Assembly: GCA_964247055.1 (NCBI GenBank)
Contig: OZ176054.1
Location: forward strand, 6,882,001 to 6,946,000
DNA length: 64,000 bases
DNA from: Paragordius varius
Taxonomy: Eukaryota; Animalia; Nematomorpha
Direction: 5' to 3'
Positions 10,897 through 24,346 of this stretch are shown in pieces (position 1 is the stretch's first letter; every line of letters starts with the position of its first letter). The notes beneath the pieces were generated by a model. The model was not told the DNA's origin, made no database searches, and saw nothing but the letters and a program-made list of their open reading frames with translations. The translations under genes were made by a program, and so were the position numbers.

Positions 10897-13224
10897 ATGT
10901 CCGATTCATATAAAGAAAAACTTGAACGCCTCAAGAATTTACACAAAAAACGAGTAAATTTTCCTTAATGGTATAGGAAGAAGCTCAAAGGCACAATTAT
11001 AAAGAGGTTGTTGAAGAAGATCGTATAAATAAACTGCCCGCTAATTATGAAAGCAAAAAACGAAAAATTGAATGGGAGATTGAACAAGAAAAAATAAAAC
11101 AAGTCAATTATATTATATTATTTTTAAGGAAGCTAAAGAAAAGGGTTGGGATTATCACCGAGTAAAAAATTTGGAAATACCGGCAGAAATAGTTGAAGCA
11201 TTGGATAAAAGAAGGCATAAAAAGCATAATGCAGATCCTGGCTTTTCAAGTTACTTTATCTTTTTATATTTAGATTATGAACAAGCTGCAATCAGAAAAT
11301 ACGAAACGCTTGTTAAACAAATTAAGCCTGATTTGCAAACTTACGATAAAATGAAAAACAAACTGTAAGTGGTTATCAATTATATTTAGGGGTGATCAAT
11401 TTTATCCAACAATGAATACCATTTTGACTAACGTTCCCGATGATCCTAGAGAAAATATCGAAAAAATGGCTCAAGACGTCGTAAAACAGTATTTTATTTT
11501 TTTTATCCTACTATATGGTGATTTAATACCGGTTTTTATTTGGCTAGTTCTATTTATACAATTTTTTAATCGGTTTTTCGCAAAATATACCTGCTAATTA
11601 TTTAATTTTTGATTATTGATAAATATTTAAGCCAATTTCGATTATAATTTTATATAAATACCTTTAAAGGTGCATTTTTAAATAATAAGCATTTTGATAT
11701 TTTGTAAGTACCGAATCGATTATGTTTTTTATAAATGCTACTTTGATTTTGTTAAACCCTATACCTCTTTTTTAATCTCATACCTTTAATATTCTATTAC
11801 ATTTTGGGGTATTTTAGATACCAGAGCCATTTAAAATTTGAATATCTTAAAAAATAATTGAGTATTAAGCCGAATTTAAAAATATGCTTTCTTTAGTTTT
11901 TTAGGAACATTATATAAAAATTTTAAAAAAGGTAAAATTGTAAAAAATTCTCATCTCAAATTTTTTGCAGCCATTTTTTCTTAAATATTTTTAAATCGCT
12001 AATGCAACAGGCAAATAAATGTATATTATAGATAGAAAAGTAATTAATTAACTTTAAGAAGTTTTCAGGCTAGATTTTACTAGCAAAAACTTGATATATC
12101 TTGATTTTAATATCAGCTGTTCGTTTCAATCGTCCTTTGAAACTCTCCTAATTTCAGCCTCAATAAGTCACAAAACTGTAAAAAATATTACCTTTTTTAT
12201 CTAATATATGAGAACAATGTTTGATAATTAAATTTTAACTGAAATAACTTTAAAAATATTTTATTTACGAAATTGAACTCTACGATATAAAACTACAGGT
12301 ACTAGGACAAAATGGTGAAAAGGGGTAATCAAGTATTAAATGCTTTTCAAAATGTACCTCCATTTAATTTATTTTATACCGCATAAATCCAACATTTTGT
12401 TATGCATTTTTACATAGTCAAACATTTTCGTACAATACACGAAACTGCACAGAAAACTCATTTTAGGTCGGTTTATAGTAAAAAAATTTATCCAAAAATA
12501 AGAATTTAAAATACTAATTTTTTATGTTTATCGTTTTGACATTTTGAAATTGCATTTAATGCAGCCCATAATATCAAATTTTGAAATTGAGTTTTATTAA
12601 AAGTTATTTTTTTTTGGTAGATGAGATATTTTTTTGACATATACACGCTCATTTTAATAATTTAATGCCTATGCTAGTTTGACTTCATCTCCATAGATTC
12701 CAGAATATATTTAATCCGTTATTTTATATTTGACTAGGCAAAATATATAAATGTTTTTGTCTTGCAACTTAGGTAAACAATGTAATAAATGCTTTCTTAC
12801 GATTCCAAGTATTTAAATTATTTGTTTAACAATAACTGGAAACCGTGTTTTGCCCCTTATAGATTTTTGAGAGAATCAACATATATTACCAACACGAACA
12901 TTAAGAAAGAAAAGTAAATATATAAAATAAAATGGTATAAACTACAACATTTTGGCAGACTTAGTCAACTTGTTTAATTAATGAAACATAATATATAATT
13001 TATTTGTAATCCCTTTCAATAAATATACATATAATTTCTAATTTTAATTATTGTCTAGGATCGAAAAACGTGAGAAATACAGTAGACGAAGAACATTTAA
13101 TCCTGATGATGATATTGATTACATAAATGAAAGAAACGCCCGTTTCAATCGTAAATTGGAACGCTTTTATGGTACTTACACGGAAGAAATTAAGGCCAAT
13201 CTTGAACGGGGAACAGCTCTATAA
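10897..13224 (+). CDS. SYF2: Pre-mRNA splicing factor SYF2 (NTC component), 219 aa, 6 exons: 10897-10953, 10977-11102, 11129-11249, 11274-11364, 11390-11488, 13059-13224
   Basis: All introns GT-AG and frame-consistent (23, 26, 24, 25 and 1570 nt). Spliced protein contains [41 protein letters not shown] and the C-terminal signature [11 protein letters not shown]...[21 protein letters not shown]...[11 protein letters not shown]. Confidence 0.96.
11800..12250 (-). repeat. Dispersed repeat in SYF2 intron 5; inverted copy of about 49400-49800
   Basis: For example GCTAATGCAACAGGCAAA and AACTTGATATATCTTGATTTTAATATCAGCTGTTCGTTTCAATCG match the reverse complement of 49480-49660. Confidence 0.75.
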
Positions 13225-13801
13225 AATATTAAATGATCACAATATAATATACAAAACAGATATTGAATAAATATTAGATGATACTACTTTGTTACACATG
13301 TTACAATAAAAATTATAAATTTTTTGGTATATAATATATAATGTCAATTAAATTAAATCAAAATCTAATATATTTAACACTTACAACCACAATAATGTAG
13401 ACCTATTAGTATAAAGAGCAATCCCCAAATGTAAAGATAATTGCCGTATTAAATTAATGGTTTAAGTTTTCGCAATTCTACGCAAATATTTTGTCCACAA
13501 CAAGAACTTTTTATTAGAATGGTGTTAAAACAGATTTAATACCAAAAGCAGAATACTTCCATCACCAGTTCAGGCCTGGGCATGCCAGTGTTTAAGCTTT
13601 AAATATTTTTGAATATAATTTAAGTCATTACCCTAAAAGAGAAAAAAATCTCACCTGAATATATTTTTAGTTAGAAACATATTTAAATGATCGTGTCGTA
13701 GTTGAAAAGTTAAAAGTATTATTTAAATATTAATATTTTATATTCCAAATTATATTATTTAAGATTTAAATTTAACAACTTTTGAAAATTTACCTATCAT
13801 T

Positions 13802-14437
13802 TCAATTATTCTTTAATATCAATAAATAAGACATTATTTCTCCCATTGCACCCCTTTCGAAAAGCAAGGGTGCCTGATTAATCGAATCCACAAAGTATGA
13901 GTTTCCTTTTCCTCCACCACCGCCTCTTGCAGCTAAAAACACACAATTTTCATCTTTTAATTGCGTTACATTATTCAGATATTTTGGGTCTTGATGCAAA
14001 AAAATGCCGGACAAAATTTGTTGAATTTGCGGTATGTTTACATTAGAATTATCATATTTTTGGGTTTTATGGACAGGCTTAAAGGCATAAATATAACAGA
14101 AGAGAGGTATTTTAATAATTAAATCTTTTGCCGATTTTCCATGACATCTATCACCTTTACCTGCTTGTCCACAATCCGCTTGGTAAATTGAGGTTAGATG
14201 ATCAAAATTTGAGTATCTTTTATCCGTTTGAAAGAGTACATGTGCTCCATTACCACCATCCCCACCTCCCGCACCACCCTTGTTATTCCCATATAAATGC
14301 ATAAAGGAGCAATTGCCATTTCCGCCGTTTCCTGCTTTGACTTTAATGAATTTATAACATATATTACACAAAGGATTGTCAGTTAAATTAAATTTTTGTA
14401 TCTTGGAAAGGGTTGAATGTAACATGCTTGAATTCAT
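13802..14437 (-). pseudogene. MTG2: MTG2/GTPBP5-like Obg-family gene with only the N-terminal glycine-rich Obg fold; truncated gene or pseudogene
   Basis: Obg-fold motifs KAGNGGNG, GGAGGGDGGNG, GKSAKDLIIKIP and AARGGGGGKGNSYF are present. The ORF stops at LILKNN*, where homologs continue LELK...GLVGxPNAGKS. No G1 motif was found in the roughly 580 bp before the convergent SYF2 stop. Confidence 0.65.
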
Positions 14438-14479
14438 ATGTTATGTGTATGCACATAATTGTTGCATTTACCATGTTAA

Positions 14480-15049
14480 CACCTGGATACAACACATTCA
14501 TTTTAGTCCTTCGATTCAAATTGGGGTATTTAAATACCCCAGGCCTGTTTAAAATCAAATGCTTTAAAAAATATGGAAGGAATCGAAACCATCGCAAAAT
14601 TTTGCACTTATAAAACATTAATAAACCGAAACATATAAAAAATTTTATTCAAAAATACTTGATATTAATTTTAAGGTAAAGCCGAAAGGTAAAAATTTGG
14701 TCAACGTGACATGTGTGCAATGGAAAATTGAAAATAATACAAAATAAACCGCTTTTTCTATTTCTATCAATGTTTGATGTAATTTAAATAAAAAATTAGC
14801 TTTAATTTTACCATTAAAATTAAATGAATACGATTAAAAATTTTATAAAATAAGAATGGCGTCGAAGTAGTTTGACATGGAACTTTTTTTCAATACAACG
14901 TTTTATTTATATATTTTGGCATATTTATAAAATTTTTATTAGGTTAGAGGCATAAATTTAAATTTGGACCGTTTCCTTCAGTAATTTTTTAAAAATATTA
15001 ATTTAAATTTAGTCTGGGGTATTTAAATACCCCAATTTAAATCGAAGTG
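14480..15049 (+). mobile_element. piggyBac-like MITE (570 bp), about 40 bp upstream of the MTG2-like ATG
   Basis: TTAA (14476-79)|CACCTGGATAC...ATCGAAGTG|TTAA (15050-53). Confidence 0.92.
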
Positions 15050-15388
15050 TTAAACAAGGCATCAGTTTCGATTCAAATGGGGGTAGTTAGATACCCCAGG
15101 CTTGTTTAAATATAACTATTTCAAAAAATATATATATTAAAACCATGTCCAAAACTGAAATATAATAAAATATTGATTAAAAAAATATTACCTATTCAGA
15201 AGTAAAACCGAAAGGTAAAAATTTAGCAAGATAACATGTGTGCATAAGCAAATATATGTATGTATTATGATAAAATGTGTAGGAATTTTTTAAGTGCTTT
15301 CGGTTTTGGGGTTTAGGAGTGATTTAAAAAAGTTACCTTTTTCTGGTAAAAAATTAAAAAAATGATGAATTATATATTTTCTTATTAA

Positions 15389-16047
15389 CACTTCGATTCA
15401 AATTGGGTTATCTAAATACCCCTGACTAAATTTGAGTTAGGATTTAAACTACTTAAGGAAACGGTCCCAATTTAAATTTATGCTTCTATCATAATAAAAA
15501 TTATATAAATACCCCTGACTAAATTTGAGTTAGGAATTTTGAAAAACTACTGAAGGAAACGGTCGTAATTTAAATTTATGCTTCTATCCTAATAAAAATT
15601 AAAATACGCCAAAATATTTAAATAAAATTTTGCGTAAAAAAGCATGTCAAACTACTTCGATACCATTTTTCTTTTATAAAAAATTTTTCAAAATAGCTTT
15701 TCATATAATTTTAATGGTAAAATTAAAGCTAATTTTTTATTTAAATTACATCAAACATTGATAGAAATAGAAAAGGGGGTATTGTATTATTTTTTAATTT
15801 TACCATTGCACACATGTCACGTTGACTAAATTTTTACCTTTCGGTTTTAGCTTAAATTAAGTAATATCAATTATTTTTAAACAAAATATTTTTATATTTC
15901 GGTTTATTAATGTTATATAAGTGCAAGATTTTGCCATGGTTTCGATTCCTTCCATATTTTTTCAAAATTTAATTTTAAACAGGCCTGGGGTATTAAACTG
16001 CCCCAATTCGAATCGAAGGACTAAAATGAATGTGTTGTATCCAAGTG
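15389..16047 (-). mobile_element. piggyBac-like MITE in reverse orientation, with an internal tandem duplication of about 100 bp
   Basis: TTAA (15385-88)|CACTTCGATTC...GTATCCAAGTG|TTAA (16048-51). The block AAATACCCCTGACTAAATTTGAGTTAGGA...TGCTTCTATC occurs twice. Confidence 0.9.
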
Positions 16048-16760
16048 TTAAATATATCAGTATTGTTATGGCTCTTTTGATTTTATGCCTCGGGGGTCTT
16101 ATAAGTGACTTAGTGGTACTCTAGATCAAATGGTGAATGCAAATAAAATAAATTTTAGTAAAAACTTATTGCTTTATTTTAAAAAAGATTATAACTATAG
16201 TGTTATAAAACGACAATCAATATTTATATAAAATTTAAAATTTTAGATATGGGCTCCGAAAGTTAATTTTTAGACCTGTCTAAAATGCGCAATTTCTCCA
16301 AAAATACCAAGATGCGTAGATTTTGTCATACGAATTTTCATATGACTATGAAATCCAAAAATATATTTATAATAATAACTTTATTTAATTTAAAAATTTA
16401 ATTTTTAGCAATGGATACGTTTCATATGGGATTTCGAAGAATGGTAACGGTATACAAACACGTTAATAAATATACATTTTGTCCATATAATTTGATCATG
16501 GTGAATATTTTTATCACCTAAAAATTGATTAAAATATTTTTACTTTTAAGTATATTTTTTGATATTTAATCTAAATTCCGAGGTGATAGAAATGCTTGGC
16601 TTTATTGATTTGGAAATAGTATTCTCTTAATGTCACAGGTGTTTTTCCTTTTTCATATGCATATATCAACAAAATTGTGGTAAGGAGCCAAAAATTTGGG
16701 ACTAGCTTACGTATAAAAATTAAAATACTATAAACGATTTTGCTTTTTAAATATAATATA

Positions 16761-17784
16761 CAGTCATGTAGACTTTATTTTATCTAAAGTTTAATTTTTT
16801 TCGTTAAATGGATAATATTTGGTAAAGAATATAAAAACTATGGTATTACCATATCATATTCTTTAAAAAAGTAAAAGAAGTGTGGGGGAAGGGCGTCGGA
16901 AATCTTTGATAAAAAATGAAAATACACTAATTACTAACCCTTCACTTAAAATTATTGTATCAAAGGGGTTAGGAAAATCGTAATTTTTATCTCAATTATA
17001 TTTTTTTTTGATATGGGAACGATTTTAAAAGGGAATTCACGATAGCTGCTATATTAAATAATCAATTTGATCCAATTTCCTTAATATTTTTTTTACCCAT
17101 ACATAAAAATCTATATTTAAGTGGTTAATTTGTTTTGTTTAACACTTAAATACAACACATTCATTTGAAAGCTAAAAGGTAAAAATTTAATCAACGTGAC
17201 ATGTGTGCAATGGTAAAATTGAAAAATAATACAAAATAAATCGCTTTTTCTATTTCTATCAACGTTAGATGTGATTAAAATAAAAAATTAGCTTTAATTT
17301 TACCCTTAACACTAAATGAAGAAGACATTTTGTAAATATTTTGTAAAATAAAAATGGCGTCGAAATAGTTTGACATGGAACTTTTTTTTCAAAACAAAAT
17401 TTAAATTTTTTTAGGAAAGAAGCATAAATTTAAATTGGGACCGTTTCTTTCACTAGTTTTTTCAAAAATCCTAACTCAAATTTAGTTTGGGGTATATTTG
17501 GATACCCCAATTAGAATCTAGGTGTTAAATAAAATTTTATCAAAAAAAATAGTATATAAAATTTTGCTAAAAAATTAACAAAAATATTACAATTCCCCTT
17601 TAACAATATTTTAGGATTTTCATTTTTTACCAAAGATTTCCAAAGCCATTCCCCCATACTTTTTTTTCTTTTTTAAGAATATGATATGGTAATACCATAT
17701 AGCTCTTGTTTTATTCCTTACCAAATATATATAATACCCATTAAACGAAAAAAAGTAAATTTTTGAATAAAGTCTACATGACTG
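16761..17784. mobile_element. TA-flanked Tc1/mariner-type MITE with TIRs of about 170 bp
   Basis: TA|CAGTCATGTAGACTTTATT...AATAAAGTCTACATGACTG|TA. The inverted similarity continues through TATGGTATTACCATATCATATTCT and GGGGGAA. Confidence 0.88.
17143..17524 (+). mobile_element. Internally deleted piggyBac-like MITE nested in the Tc1-type MITE
   Basis: TTAA (17139-42)|CACTTAAATACAACACATTCATTT...GATACCCCAATTAGAATCTAGGTG|TTAA (17525-28). Confidence 0.85.
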
Positions 17785-20700
17785 TATATAACATCGGCAT
17801 TTCTTCTATTCAAGCCTTAGTAAACATTAATCTTTTTAGAATTATATCGAGTTTAGAAATAAAATATCACGATATATATTAAATGCTTAAAGCGACAATG
17901 AAAAAAGATCGGACAAATTTTTTTGGGTTTACTGGTAAAAATCATATCAAACGTAAAAATACATTTATTAAAAATATGTTTCGTGAAAAAACTAATTTTA
18001 ATTTAATTGTTTTATCCTGATAATCATTAAATAACTGCGAAAATATTGACAATTTTATTATTTGAGTAAATTCCATATCAGCGTGATGAACACGATCAAA
18101 AATTTATATTTGTTTAAAAGCAATTACATTCACGGTTGACCTATCAGAGGGTCTTATATATATTAGGAATTCATTATAGGACTCTCATTCATAACTTTTT
18201 GTGTTTTAAGTTCCATAATATTATAAATTTTTGATGGTATTATTTTAATATATTTGATGAGTAATAACAAACATTTTACATTACATTAAAGATATGGAAA
18301 TAATTTTATGTTAATTTATTTTAATATAAAAATTCTTTATTCCAATATGGTATATTAATATAATCTTACTTATTCACCTGTCAAGATAAAGAAGTGTGTA
18401 TTAAGCTTTTACAGCTTAATTAAGATAATTTTTATAATTTATCGAGATTAACAAGTTTTTTTAATTATGATTATCGTAAATTTTTATAAAAATATTTTAA
18501 GACCATAATTTTTTGAAATCGCATTTGTTTAAAATGCGTGAATCAAAATTATGTTACCATAAACTATAAAAAAATTATAAACGTCCTTATCAGAAAAGGC
18601 AAACAAATTCACCAACGCTTATATACGCTTTAAATATCAAACTGTTGTGAAAAATGATGTATTAATTATCAAGGGTTATCTATGCATTTCTGTGGATTAA
18701 TAAAATATGTTCGAATTCTCTTTATACGCAAATGTTACAAACATAAGCCACACAAAGGCAAAATATTTAGGTAAATTTGGAAAGGTGAATGAATATATCT
18801 GTGCTTGTATATATATATTACTTTTTTTCACAATACGTTCTATATAGAATTTGGAGTATATAAGAGATATCAAAAAGATATTGAGATTAATAAAGAGAGA
18901 GATAGCTTTTTATGGAAACTACAGAGATATATCACCACCAACGAAATAATTTTATGTAAATAATTTGTGTGTTGTGCATGCCCTCTTGTGGTGACAGATT
19001 TACCAAGCTATGTTTTAGGATTTTTGGAGGCTTTTTCTCGTCTTTATACAAAACAGACATTGATAAATGTATGCAATGCAATATTTGATCAATTTGATGG
19101 CCTGCCGCGACCCTTGAAAAAAAAACAATATACAACACACACACACACACATAGAGATAGACAAAATGTTTTTATTATGATGCTATCAATATCAAACTGT
19201 AAAATTATTTATTACATTTCATATATTTATAGAGATATATAATATATACAAGCTTGGAATATGTTAATCATAATTATCATTAATATTATCAACGATGTGA
19301 AAGACCTCTTCATTAAGACATCAAATTTCTAGTGTTTATGTATTATTTTGGGGTTACCATGAGGTTTGTGCAATTTTAGAAAAAAACCTTCAAAATATGG
19401 TTTAAAATTCTTTAATATATATTTATATGCAAAATTAATTTAATTTTAGCATCATGACAGTACCGGTGTTCAATTTATTATTTATATTAATGTTTATTTG
19501 TGGTAAAAAAAAACTCAATAGGTTTCAAGAAATCATTAAAAAATTCTAAAACATCCACCTTACTTTTAAGAAAAGAATTAATATAAATTGAAATTTTTAT
19601 TGTTTGGCTATCCTAAGACGGTGACGGTGGTATAGAATGGAATGGGACTCAGGTAGGCGACCTTTGGTGTCATTTTCAATATAAAAAAATAAATTTAATA
19701 TTTTCTTATTATTGTTTTTTGTTTTATCAATAAGAAAATAGGACGCTAAAAAGTAATTGGATTTTCAGCACATTATATATATGTATATATAATCCCAATA
19801 AAAAATGTTGAAAAATATCATAATAGCAAAAAGGTAGATAGATGGCTATCTACTATAGATTATAATGTTTTATTTCTATCTATTAGGTAAAAAATAGAGA
19901 TTTTTTGGAAGGGAACCAATAAAATTTGGCTAATAAGCAAACTAAAAAAATATTTTTTATGGTTTTATTTCTTTTGGTCTTCACACAAAAATGGTGGCGT
20001 GGGAAAATGTATTTGGGATCAGAAAAAATCACCTCAACTAAATATCCTAGTTAATATACCTAATTCCCTTCCAAAGCGACACTAACCTTAAAACAACTCC
20101 TATTAACTAGAAATATTAAATATTTTGAGTTGATTTTTTATGGTGTGTAGGGCGTGAGAAGATTTGTTTTAACAATCAAGGCTTATTATAAAGGAATAGG
20201 CCAAAAACAAGACTGTCATTGAAAATGGAATATTACCCAATTATCATCTTGTTTGATTGTGGTTTTTTCCATGTATACTAATTTTATGTATATATATACA
20301 TATATACAGTAAAAATCTAAATATATTTGCATATTGTACTCCAAAATCAAGCTATAGATTACCTAAAAAATGATTGTTGTATAATTACAAGATGATGTTT
20401 TAGGTAAAATATGATGGTTTGTACTTTACCGTCAATATTCAAGTATGCACGTTTAAACAGGAGACGCATTGTCAAAATTTGAGGAGTACACTATATAGAA
20501 TTTACCTTTTTGCATCAAACATATTTTGTTCATTAGCAAGATTTGCCCAAATATATAATTTGGTTATATATAAAATAAAATAAGCTTTTTGCAAATGTAG
20601 CAAAAAAAATTTCTTTGGCTAATAACATGGATTGGATGCAAATGAGCACGGCATATTTGTAAATTGCCATTTTTAAGTCACCAAAAAAAATTACAGTACA

Positions 20701-21969
20701 CCCATGGGTTTACTTTATCTTAAAAATATATTGTTTAATTTACCTAATTTGTGTAAATCAATTTTACAAACGCCATTCAAGTTTTTAGTAAATGGGTTAT
20801 TAATAATATCATAAAGAATATTTTATTTATATTAGGCAAAAAACGCTAAAATCTTTCGTCATTTTTCATAAAATAACCGTAAATAAGCCAAAACTTTAAT
20901 GTTTATCATAACAGGTATTTTAGTACACCAAAGGACGAATCATATATATCAAACTACAAAACTAAAGCTTCAAAAAAGATTGTCGTCTATTCAAAGTCAA
21001 ACTAAACATATCCCATTTTTATAACATCTTATATATTTTTGCTTTTTTGAGGTTATGCATTTATATTGTATGGATGTATATGTGAATTTCCACATAATTT
21101 ATTAGGGTGAAGTTTTTCAAAGGTCTAAAAATTATAAACGCTGACTTATACAGCGCTTTAATATAGCTAACAATCAAATAACAAACGATTTGAGATAAAT
21201 TAATACACAATTTTTACATCGTGTTTGAGTTTTACAAAAATAATATAATAATATATACTATTCAAAAGCAACACTTTTTCAACCAAGGGTAAAACTTTTT
21301 AAGCAAACGCACCTTTTTACTTCCGTTAGGATAAAAAATGTTGTGTTTGCTTGAAAAATTTTTGCCATTTACTGATAATGGCATATCCATTCTTCACTGT
21401 ATAATTATGCGAAAACAAACCCCTATAATACTTGGGATCCCTAAAATAACCAACCCCAAAAACCTATCCAATTTTAATTTTACGATTTTTATTATAAATC
21501 ACAAATGTATACTGTTAAAAATAAGGCCCATCTCTTTTTTCCCCTCTTAATATTTTATAAATAAAGACCACAGTAAATGTTTTTTATAGAATAAGTGCAT
21601 TATACTCAAAATCTATTAACCTTGACATGATTACACAGAAAGGAAAACGGAAAAATCTATAAATTATGACACGACCAATAACACACCATATCTGTAATTG
21701 AACCTAATAATATTAATTATTTATAAGATTAAGTAATGTGGCATATCAGCAGGTCACAATATCGCAAAATTTGGGTTAATTCTTTTTTTGGAGCACATGT
21801 AAAGTGTTTTTCAGATTTCGAAGGTGATGTTTGAGAGTAGAGATTTATCCTATGGGCATGGAAATACCAATTTTCGAAAATAAATTTATAATATTTTTGC
21901 AATGTCAATCATTCTTTCTGGACCAAAAACAACTATTTTCATACTTTTTTTTGAAGAAAGTTATGCTTA

Positions 21970-22146
21970 CAGAATGCATTTTAATGGTTTCTTATTTCAC
22001 ACTATAGGTGTGCGATTTGCAACACAGTAGTATATGGATATAAGAAAGGAAAAATTGTTTAATCAAATTGTTGTTTTTTCCATACACTACTGTAAAAGAA
22101 TTGTGCTTAACTATAGTGTAAAAGCAACCATTAAAAATGCATACTG
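21970..22146. mobile_element. 177-bp TA-flanked foldback MITE (Tc1/mariner-type ends)
   Basis: TA|CAGAATGCATTTTAATGGTT...AACCATTAAAAATGCATACTG|TA. A second copy of the same length lies at 57103-57279. Confidence 0.8.
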
Positions 22147-23003
22147 TATATCCTATTACAGGTATCAAAAAAATAGAATAAAAATTATAGATTTACGATG
22201 TTCTTTAAGCTCATATACAGTTAGTCAATAACTCATCTTATCTTTTTCTAATGAACGGATAAAAATATTATATTTTTAAAAAATCGAGGGGCTTATGGTC
22301 CAACACGTCATTGAGTCAAAACGTACAGTAAAAATCCAAATTATAAGGTTGAGAACAAAAAAATTTATATCATTCGATAGCCTAAGTATTATTTTAAAAT
22401 CGTTTATAATTCTGGCAAACAGGTATTTGATTTAGTTACTAACCAAAATGACAAAATCGCATTTTCATCGCCAATTAAGTCGAATAAAAAATTATTCTTT
22501 AGGGGAAAACACGCGATTAAATTTTGTTAAATTGTATCTTAAAGATAACCATAAACGTAGAATTATATTAAAAATTAAGATCTTAATTTTTTCACATTAT
22601 AACTTTGAAAGACTTGCAAGAATATATGCAAAAAATTGCATTTCGGCATCGAATTTATACAAAAAACTGTTATGCGGTTTTAATTTTTATTATACCGCTG
22701 ATATATTTACAATGCATAAATGTTACCCCATACATCTAAGACTTATAGAAAAAGGAAAATTTCAATGTATTTTCTAAATAAATCGTTAGAAATAACAAAA
22801 TCATTTTTTTGCTTTTAAAACAGGAGATTCAAAGAAAGTAAATGATTTGAATCGCAATTTACGTGCTAAAAATCAGTATGCTTATTAAACGTCAAAAATG
22901 ATTAAATTCTTTAGTCTCTAGGAAGTAATAAATATTGATGGAATTTAATATTAATAAAGTGGTATTGGAAAAAGTGTTGAGAAAATGTAATTCATTTAAC
23001 ATA

Positions 23004-23270
23004 TACCATTTAGAGTTTAAAATCACCCTTGAACAATTCAAATTCACCCTAAAATAAATTATGTGTTTTTTAAGATCAAAAAATACCATTATTTTATAAT
23101 ATTTTTAAAATATGAAATTCTGTTTAAAAAAATAATGTAATGCTGAAAAAATAATACTCTACGGTAAAAATATGTTTCGCATTGGAGTTTTCGAAAACAC
23201 ATAATTTATTTTTAGGCTTATAGAGGGTAAATTTGAATTGTTTAAGGATGATTTTGAATTGTAAATGGTA
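23004..23270. mobile_element. MITE with TACCATTT termini and 21-bp subterminal repeats
   Basis: TACCATTTAGAGTTTAAAATCACCCTTGAACAATTCAAATTCACCCT...TTTGAATTGTAAATGGTA, flanked by TA; related to 55277-55620. Confidence 0.8.
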
Positions 23271-24346
23271 TATATATTAAGTTGCTGTGCTGATATAACT
23301 TTTGTTTTGTTTTCAATTTAACGCATCTAAGATTCGAGCAAGTCTAAATTTTAATCGTAAAATAATATTTAAGCGTTTTTAAAAATGATGAAGAGATATT
23401 AAGCGTTACGTTGTTTGAGCAGAATATTATAAACAGATTTAATATTCATAATTTTGGTTTCTATGATAATTTTTATTTACAAATATTGGTAAGTGTAGTA
23501 TTCTAAAATTTTGGTGCAATCCAATTTTTATTGTTTATTTTAACAATTGGACAAAATATTTTTGAGTTAACATTAATAAACCTATATTCGTTGTGAAATC
23601 AAAGTTTTTTATTTCGAATTTATTAATGAGAGCTATAAAGGAATCTTTTTCTTTACATGAATGATATTAGAATATGCAGTTAAAAATTACATAAATAATT
23701 AATTATATATAAATATATGCAAATAAAATTATGGTCTTTTGTTATAATATATTAGGCATTAACGAGATAATTTCTAGGTTTCAGCAGCACATATATACAA
23801 AAAAAATATGTAAAAATATGATAATGGATTTCGTCCATTTATCATTATACCATCCTTCATTCCTTTTCATTAACAATGTATAATATTATAAGGAAGGTGT
23901 TTGCCCCATCATTAAACTTTAAATAGCGACATATGAATTGTTTATTCTTTAGGATAATTGTTCCTGTTGGTAAAAATTTTGATGGTTAAAAATATATAAA
24001 AAGAGAGAGTTTTTGTTTTACAAAAACAATTTTCCATCATAAATGTAAGAAGATTTTGCATTTATGTGAATGAACGAAAAGAAACCGAACCACGGTTGGA
24101 CCTTAGCTCATTCATATTTGGGTGTCTGATTTCATTTTTATGGAATAAATGGCTTTAAAAGACTTTCTTAGCAGTCGTCACTTACAGATGTATTGTCATA
24201 AGTTATTACCGGTTAACTATGAAAAGATATAAGTGAAAGGTTCTCAGACGATTAATTTGATACTCCATTTTATTCATCTGGCATCAAACGACAAACACAC
24301 ACGCACACAAGTTGAATTCGCTAAAAACTAGCATTATTCAGTAATC

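Noticed and set aside
14388-16124. ORFs 14388-14618, 14413-14613 and 15921-16124 with similar peptides
   Set aside because: They are chance translations of the shared piggyBac-like MITE end, not a gene family.
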